Sequence record: LC710219.1
Strand: one strand, 5' to 3'
Source: Escherichia phage Qbeta
Length of the DNA: 4,189 bases
Shown: positions 1 through 4,189 of the stretch, one piece after another
Numbering within the stretch: position 1 is the first letter of the stretch
How the letters are laid out: each line of letters begins with the position of its first letter
Notes under the pieces: model-generated
Told to the model about the DNA's origin: nothing
The model's input: the letters and a program-made list of their open reading frames with translations, nothing else
Database searches by the model: none
Translations under genes and position numbers: made by a program

Positions 1-51
1 CCTTAGGGGGTCACCTCACACAGCAGTATTTCACTGAGTATGAGAGGACAT
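1..51 (+). other. 5' untranslated leader, truncated at the 5' end; G-run at 6..10 is the 3' arm of a terminal hairpin whose 5' arm is mostly outside the window
   Basis: No in-frame start before the A2 gene except the ATG at 40; GGGGG at 6..10 has only 2 complementary C residues upstream (1..2) in the window. Levivirus genomes begin with a G-rich 5' hairpin (established knowledge). Confidence 0.7.
42..48 (+). promoter_or_regulatory. Purine-rich Shine-Dalgarno-like element (GAGAGGA) upstream of the A2 start codon
   Basis: GAGAGGA at 42..48, 3 nt before ATG at 52..54; spacing is on the short side. Confidence 0.45.
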
Positions 52-1314
52 ATGCCTAAATTACCACGTGGTCTGCGTTTCGGAGCCGATAATGAAATTC
101 TTAATGACTTTCAGGAGCTCTGGTTTCCAGATCTCTTTATCGAATCTTCCGACACACATCCGTGGTACACACTGAAGGGTCGTGTGTTGAACGCTCATCT
201 TGACGATCGCCTACCTAATGTAGGTGGTCGCCAGGTCAGGCGTACTCCGCATCGCGTCACCGTCCCGATTGCCTCTACAGGCCTTCGTCCGGTGACAACC
301 GTTCAGTATGATCCTACAGCACTATCGTTCTTATTGAACGCTCGTGTTGATTGGGATTTCGGTAATGGTGATAGTGCGAACCTGGTCATTAATGACTTTT
401 TGTTTCGCACTATTGCACCTAAGGATTTCGATTTCTCGAACTCCTTAGTTCCTCGTTATACTCAGGCCTTCTCCGCTTTTAATGCTAAATATGGCACTAT
501 GATCGGCGAAGGGCTCGAGACTATAAAATATCTCGGGCTATTACTGCGCAGACTGCGTGAGGGTTACCGCGCTGTTAAGCGTGGCGATTTACGTGCTCTT
601 CGCAGGGTTATCCAGTCTTACCATAATGGTAAATGGAAACCGACTACTGCTGGTAATCTCTGGCTTGAATTCCGTTATGGCCTTATGCCTCTCTTTTATG
701 ACATCAAAGATGTCATGTTAGATTGGCAGAAACGCCATGATAGGATCCAACGCCTCCTTCGGTTTTCAGTCGGTCACGGTGAGGACTATGTTGTCGAATT
801 CGACAATCTATATCCGGCCGTTGCCTACTTTAAACTTAAAGGTGAGATTACACTCGAACGCCGTCATCGGCACGGTATATCCTACGCTAATCGCGAGGGA
901 TATGCTGTTTTCGATAACGGTTCCCTTCGGCCCGTGTCCGATTGGAAGGAACTTGCCACCGCATTCATCAATCCGCATGAAGTTGCGTGGGAGTTAACTC
1001 CCTACAGCTTCGTTGTTGATTGGTTCTTGAATGTTGGTGACATACTTGCTCAGCAAGGTCAGCTGTATCATAATATCGATATCGTAGACGGTTTTGACAG
1101 ACGTGACATTCGTCTCAAATCTTTCACTGTAAAAGGTGAACGAAATGGACGACCTGTTAACGTTTCTGCTGACCTGTCTGCTGTCGATTCATTTTACAGC
1201 CGATTCCATACGAGTAAGCTTCCGTTCGCTACACTTGATCTTGATACTACCTTCAGTTCGTATAAACACGTTCTTGATAGTATCTTTTTATTAACCCAAC
1301 GCATTAAGCGTTGA
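52..1314 (+). CDS. A2: Maturation (A2) protein: pilus attachment protein and, in Qbeta-type phages, the lysis effector; 420 aa
   Basis: ORF track 40..1314, reading MPKLPRGLRFGADNEILNDFQELWFPDLF from the ATG at 52; recognised from memory as near-identical to Qbeta A2; stop TGA at 1312..1314; length and first-gene position match the levivirus maturation protein. Start at 52 preferred over the in-frame ATG at 40 (see findings). Confidence 0.93.
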   Translation: MPKLPRGLRFGADNEILNDFQELWFPDLFIESSDTHPWYTLKGRVLNAHLDDRLPNVGGRQVRRTPHRVTVPIASTGLRPVTTVQYDPTALSFLLNARVDWDFGNGDSANLVINDFLFRTIAPKDFDFSNSLVPRYTQAFSAFNAKYGTMIGEGLETIKYLGLLLRRLREGYRAVKRGDLRALRRVIQSYHNGKWKPTTAGNLWLEFRYGLMPLFYDIKDVMLDWQKRHDRIQRLLRFSVGHGEDYVVEFDNLYPAVAYFKLKGEITLERRHRHGISYANREGYAVFDNGSLRPVSDWKELATAFINPHEVAWELTPYSFVVDWFLNVGDILAQQGQLYHNIDIVDGFDRRDIRLKSFTVKGERNGRPVNVSADLSAVDSFYSRFHTSKLPFATLDLDTTFSSYKHVLDSIFLLTQRIKR

Positions 1315-1334
1315 AACTTTGGGTCAATTTGATC

Positions 1335-1736
1335 ATGGCAAAATTAGAGACTGTTACTTTAAGTAACATCGGGAAAGATGGAAAACAAACTCTGGTCCTC
1401 AACCCGCGTGGGGTAAATCCCACTAACGGTGTTGCCGCGCTTTCACAAGCGGGTGCAGTTCCTGCGCTGGAGAAGCGTGTTACCGTTTCGGTATCTCAGC
1501 CTTCTCGCAATCGTAAGAACTACAAGGTCCAGGTTAAAATCCAGAACCCGACCGCTTGTACTGCAAACGGTTCTTGTGACCCATCCGTTACTCGCCAGGC
1601 GTATGCTGACGTGACCTTTTCGTTCACGCAGTATAGTACCGATGAGGAACGAGCTTTTGTTCGTACGGAGCTTATCGCTCTGCTCGCTAGTCCTCTGTTG
1701 ATCGATGCTATCGATCATCTGAATCCAGCGTATTGA
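1335..1736 (+). CDS. Major coat (capsid) protein, 133 aa, ending in a leaky UGA
   Basis: ATG at 1335..1337 gives MAKLETVTLSNIGKDGKQTLVLNPRGVNPTNGVAALSQAGAVPALEKRVTVSVSQ...LNPAY, recognised from memory as Qbeta coat protein; the track ORF 1311..1736 starts at an upstream TTG that is not the real start; stop TGA at 1734..1736. Confidence 0.95.
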   Translation: MAKLETVTLSNIGKDGKQTLVLNPRGVNPTNGVAALSQAGAVPALEKRVTVSVSQPSRNRKNYKVQVKIQNPTACTANGSCDPSVTRQAYADVTFSFTQYSTDEERAFVRTELIALLASPLLIDAIDHLNPAY

Positions 1737-2330
1737 ACACTGCTCATTGCCGGTGGTGGCTCAGGGTCTAAACCCGATCCGGTTATTACTCCTCCGGATC
1801 CACCGATTGATCCGCCGCCAGGGACAGGTAAGTATACCTGTCCTTTCGCAATTTGGTCCCTAGAGGAGGTTTACGAGCCTCCTACTAAGAACCGACCGTG
1901 GCCTATCTATAATGCCACTGAACTCCAGCCTCGCAAATTTGATGTTGCCCTTAAAGATCTTTTGGGCAATACAAAATGGCGCGACTGGGATTCACGGCTT
2001 AGTTATACCACGTTCCGCGGTTGCCGTGGCAACGGTTATATTGACCTTGATGCGACTTATCTTGCTACTGATCAGGCTATGCGTGATCAGAAGTATGATA
2101 TTCGCGAAGGCAAGAAACCTGGTGCTTTCGGTAACATTGAGCGATTCATTTATCTTAAGTCGATAAATGCTTATTGCTCTTTAAGCGATATTGCGGCCTA
2201 TCACGCCGATGGTGTGATAGTTGGCTTTTGGCGCGATCCATCCAGTGGTGGTGCCATACCGTTTGACTTCACTAAGTTTGATAAGACTAAATGTCCTATT
2301 CAAGCCGTGATAGTCGTTCCTCGTGCTTAG
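1335..2330 (+). CDS. A1: A1 read-through minor capsid protein (coat protein plus C-terminal read-through domain), 331 codons including the recoded UGA
   Basis: Frame 0 stays open from 1737 to the TAG at 2328..2330 (my manual translation of 1737..1961 plus track ORF 1962..2330): TLLIAGGGSGSKPDPVITPPDPPIDPPPGTGKYTCPFAIWSLEEVYEPP...CPIQAVIVVPRA, recognised as the Qbeta read-through domain. Followed by a second stop TAA at 2331..2333. Confidence 0.9.
1734..1736 (+). promoter_or_regulatory. Leaky UGA stop codon of the coat gene (programmed read-through / recoding site, decoded as Trp at low frequency)
   Basis: UGA followed by A (UGA-A context) and by 197 in-frame sense codons with no stop until 2328; read-through of the coat UGA is established for Qbeta. 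Confidence 0.88.
1737..1832 (+). other. Gly/Ser-rich then Pro-rich flexible hinge linking the coat domain to the read-through domain of A1
   Basis: Translation TLLIAGGGSGSKPDPVITPPDPPIDPPPGTGK; nucleotide-level near-repeats CCGATCC / CCGGATCC / CCGATTGATCC at 1774..1815. Confidence 0.75.
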
Positions 2331-2335
2331 TAACT

Positions 2336-2340
2336 AAGGA
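2336..2340 (+). promoter_or_regulatory. Shine-Dalgarno element (AAGGA) for the replicase gene
   Basis: AAGGA at 2336..2340, 8 nt upstream of the ATG at 2349; it overlaps the non-initiating ATG at 2340..2342. Confidence 0.6.
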
Positions 2341-2344
2341 TGAA

Positions 2345-2364
2345 ATGCATGTCTAAGACAGCAT
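2345..2364 (+). promoter_or_regulatory. Coat-protein-binding translational operator hairpin (represses replicase translation; also the packaging recognition element)
   Basis: AUGCAUGUCUAAGACAGCAU folds as an 8-bp stem (2345-2348/2361-2364 and 2350-2353/2357-2360) with a bulged A at 2349 (the A of the replicase AUG) and a 3-nt loop UAA at 2354..2356. This matches the Qbeta operator architecture (3-nt loop, bulged A) known from the literature. Confidence 0.85.
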
Positions 2365-4118
2365 CTTCGCATAACTCTCTTAGCGCACAATTGCGCCGAG
2401 CTGCGAACACAAGAATTGAGGTAGAAGGTAACCTCGCACTTTCCATTGCCAACGATCTACTGCTGGCTTATGGTCAATCGCCATTTAACTCCGAGGCTGA
2501 GTGTATTTCACTCAGTCCGAGATTCGACGGGACCCCGGATGACTTTAGGATAGGTTATCTTAAAGCCGAGATCATGTCGAAGTATGACGATTTCAGCCTA
2601 GGTATTGATACCGAAGCTGCTGCCTGGGAAAAGTTCCTGGCAGCAGAGGCTGAATGTGCTTTAACGAACGCTCGCCTCTATAGGCCTGACTACAGTGAGG
2701 ATTTCAATTTCTCACTGGGCGAGTCATGTATTCACATGGCTCGCAGAAAAATAGTCAAGCTAATAGGAGACGCTCCGTCCGTTGAGGGTATGTTGCGTCA
2801 CTGCCGTTTTTCCGGCGGTGCCACGACAACGAATGACCGTTCGTACGGTCATCCGTCCTTCAAGTTTGCGCTTCCACAAGCGTGTACGCCTCGGGCTTTG
2901 AAGTATGTTTTGGCTCTTAGAGCTTCTACACATTTCGATATCAGGATTTCTGATATTAGCCCTTTTAATAAAGCAGTTACTGTACCTAAGAACAGTAAGA
3001 CTGATCGTTGTATTGCCATTGAACCCGGCTGGAATATGTTTTTCCAACTAGGTATCGGCGGCATCTTACGCGATCGGTTGCGTTGCTGGGGTATCGATCT
3101 GAATGATCAGACGATAAATCAGCGCCGCGCTCACGAAGGCTCCGTTACTGATAATTTAGCAACGGTTGATCTCTCAGCGGCAAGCGATTCTATATCTCTT
3201 GCTCTCTGTGAGCTCCTACTGCCTCCAGGCTGGTTTGAGGTTCTTATGGATCTCAGATCACCTAAAGGGCGGTTGCCTGACGGTAGTGTCGTTACTTATG
3301 AGAAAATATCCTCTATGGGTAACGGGTACACATTCGAGCTTGAGTCGCTTATTTTCGCTTCTCTTGCTCGTTCCGTTTGTGAGATACTGAACTTAGACTC
3401 ATCTGAGGTCACTGTTTACGGAGACGATATTATTTTACCGTCCTGTGCAGTTCCTGCTCTTCAGGAAGTCTTTAAGTATGTTGGTTTTACGACCAATACT
3501 AAAAAGACCTTCTCTGAGGGGCCGTTCAGAGAGTCGTGCGGTAAGCACTACTATTCTGGCGTAGATGTTACTCCCTTTTACATACGTCACCGCATAGTGA
3601 ACCCTACCGATTTAATACTGGTTTTGAATAACCTATATCGGTGGGCCACGATTGATGGTGTATGGGATCCTAGGGCCCATTCCGTGTACCTCAAGTATCG
3701 TAAGTTGCTGCCTAAACAGCTGCAACGTAATACTATACCTGATGGTTACGGCGATGGAGCCCTCGTCGGATCGGTCTTGGTCAATCCCTTCGCGAAAAAC
3801 CGCGGATGGATCCGGTACGTACCGGTGATCATAGACCATACAAGGGACCGAGAGCGCGTCGAATCGGGATCGTATCTCTACGATCTCTTTTCGCGTTGCT
3901 TCTCGGAAAGTAACGACGGGTTGCCTCTAAGGGGTCCGTCGAGTTGCGATTCTGTAAGTCTATTTGCCATAGATCAGCTTATCTGTAGGAGTAATCCTAC
4001 AAAGATAAGTAGATCTACTGGTAAATTCGATATACAGTATATCGCGTGCAGTAGCCGTGTTCTGGCACCCTACGGGGTCTTCCAGGGCACGAAGGTTGCA
4101 TCTCTACACGAGGTGTAA
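2349..4118 (+). CDS. RNA-dependent RNA polymerase (replicase beta subunit), 589 aa
   Basis: Track ORF 2340..4118; true start taken as the second ATG (2349) giving MSKTASSHNSLSAQLRRAANTRIEVEGN...; contains the YGDD catalytic motif; recognised from memory as near-identical to Qbeta replicase; stop TAA at 4116..4118. Confidence 0.95.
   Translation: MSKTASSHNSLSAQLRRAANTRIEVEGNLALSIANDLLLAYGQSPFNSEAECISLSPRFDGTPDDFRIGYLKAEIMSKYDDFSLGIDTEAAAWEKFLAAEAECALTNARLYRPDYSEDFNFSLGESCIHMARRKIVKLIGDAPSVEGMLRHCRFSGGATTTNDRSYGHPSFKFALPQACTPRALKYVLALRASTHFDIRISDISPFNKAVTVPKNSKTDRCIAIEPGWNMFFQLGIGGILRDRLRCWGIDLNDQTINQRRAHEGSVTDNLATVDLSAASDSISLALCELLLPPGWFEVLMDLRSPKGRLPDGSVVTYEKISSMGNGYTFELESLIFASLARSVCEILNLDSSEVTVYGDDIILPSCAVPALQEVFKYVGFTTNTKKTFSEGPFRESCGKHYYSGVDVTPFYIRHRIVNPTDLILVLNNLYRWATIDGVWDPRAHSVYLKYRKLLPKQLQRNTIPDGYGDGALVGSVLVNPFAKNRGWIRYVPVIIDHTRDRERVESGSYLYDLFSRCFSESNDGLPLRGPSSCDSVSLFAIDQLICRSNPTKISRSTGKFDIQYIACSSRVLAPYGVFQGTKVASLHEV
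3417..3428 (+). other. RdRp catalytic motif C (Y-G-D-D) within the replicase
   Basis: TAC GGA GAC GAT in the replicase frame (codons 357-360), in the context VTVYGDDIILPS. Confidence 0.9.
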
Positions 4119-4126
4119 CCTGGGAG

Positions 4127-4143
4127 GGCGCCGATATGGCGCC
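4127..4143 (+). other. 3' UTR RNA hairpin: 6-bp GC-rich stem GGCGCC/GGCGCC with 5-nt loop GAUAU
   Basis: GGCGCC (4127..4132), GATAT (4133..4137), GGCGCC (4138..4143); GGCGCC is self-complementary. Confidence 0.55.
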
Positions 4144-4169
4144 TAATTGTGAATAAATTATCACAATTA
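4144..4169 (+). other. 3' UTR RNA hairpin: 9-bp stem UAAUUGUGA/UCACAAUUA with 8-nt loop AUAAAUUA
   Basis: TAATTGTGA (4144..4152) is the exact reverse complement of TCACAATTA (4161..4169); loop at 4153..4160. Confidence 0.6.
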
Positions 4170-4189
4170 CTCTTATGAGTGAGAGAGGG

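Larger units (their letters stand above)
4119..4189 (+). other. 3' untranslated region, truncated at the 3' end (terminal CCA and terminal hairpin not present in the window)
   Basis: No ORF after the replicase stop; the window ends in the purine run GAGUGAGAGAGGG with no downstream complement. Confidence 0.8.

Noticed and set aside
737-997. 86-aa ORF in an alternate + frame inside the A2 gene
   Set aside because: No RBS, no hydrophobic or otherwise notable features, fully embedded in a well-supported gene; consistent with a chance ORF.
1311-1334. Track ORF starting at TTG 1311 that would add MKLWVNLI to the N-terminus of the coat protein
   Set aside because: The TTG overlaps the A2 stop codon, and the recognised coat N-terminus begins MAKLETVTL at the ATG 1335; the extension is an artefact of permissive start-codon calling.
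1429-1614. 61-aa GTG-initiated ORF in an alternate frame inside the coat gene (possible MS2-like lysis gene)
   Set aside because: Arg/Lys-rich low-complexity translation typical of out-of-frame reading, GTG start without SD, no hydrophobic segment; Qbeta-type phages lyse via A2.
1443-1718. Minus-strand ORF (91 aa) antisense to the coat gene
   Set aside because: The genome is plus-sense ssRNA and the minus strand is a replication intermediate that is not translated; ORF is antisense to a confirmed gene.
2340-2348. Replicase start at the first ATG (2340), giving an MKC N-terminal extension
   Set aside because: This ATG overlaps the SD (AAGGAUG) and has no upstream RBS of its own; the second ATG at 2349 has correct SD spacing, is the bulged-A codon of the operator hairpin, and yields the recognised MSKTASS N-terminus.
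2760-3064. Two minus-strand ORFs (95 aa and 71 aa) antisense to the replicase gene
   Set aside because: Same reasoning: antisense to a confirmed gene in an RNA phage, no biological route to expression.
3166-3390. 74-aa TTG-initiated ORF in the +1 frame inside the replicase gene with Leu-rich stretches
   Set aside because: Weak TTG start with no SD, first internal Met only at residue 45, and Leu-rich content is expected from out-of-frame reading; no independent support.
3633-3839. Minus-strand ORF (68 aa) antisense to the replicase gene
   Set aside because: Same reasoning as the other minus-strand ORFs.
4127-4143. GC-rich hairpin after the replicase stop as a possible Rho-independent transcription terminator
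   Set aside because: No U-tract follows it, and the template is an RNA genome replicated by an RdRp, so DNA transcription terminators are not relevant; it is called as a 3' UTR structural element instead.
1-4189. Search for CRISPR repeats, IS elements, tRNA/rRNA genes, integrase or defence-system genes
   Set aside because: None seen: no direct repeat arrays, no inverted terminal repeats flanking an ORF, no tRNA-like cloverleaf candidates, and the entire coding capacity is accounted for by the four phage proteins.

Overview
This window is almost certainly a near full-length cDNA copy of a positive-sense ssRNA coliphage of the Qbeta type (Fiersviridae, Qubevirus-like), not cellular DNA. All four known products are on the + strand in the canonical order: maturation/lysis protein A2 (52..1314), coat protein (1335..1736), the A1 minor capsid protein made by read-through of the leaky coat UGA (1335..2330), and the RNA-dependent RNA polymerase beta subunit (2349..4118). 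Identification is from reading the six-frame translations and recognising them from memory; no search was run. Known RNA regulatory elements are visible in the sequence: the coat-protein-binding operator hairpin containing the replicase start codon, the read-through context, and 3' UTR hairpins. Both genome termini appear to be missing (roughly 10 nt at the 5' end and 25-30 nt at the 3' end, by inference). I see no tRNA, rRNA, CRISPR array, IS element or cellular gene. I did not find a convincing undescribed system: this is a compact, textbook genome, and the findings below are mostly known biology confirmed in the sequence plus a few low-confidence items to check. Minus-strand and alternate-frame ORFs in the track are treated as spurious.
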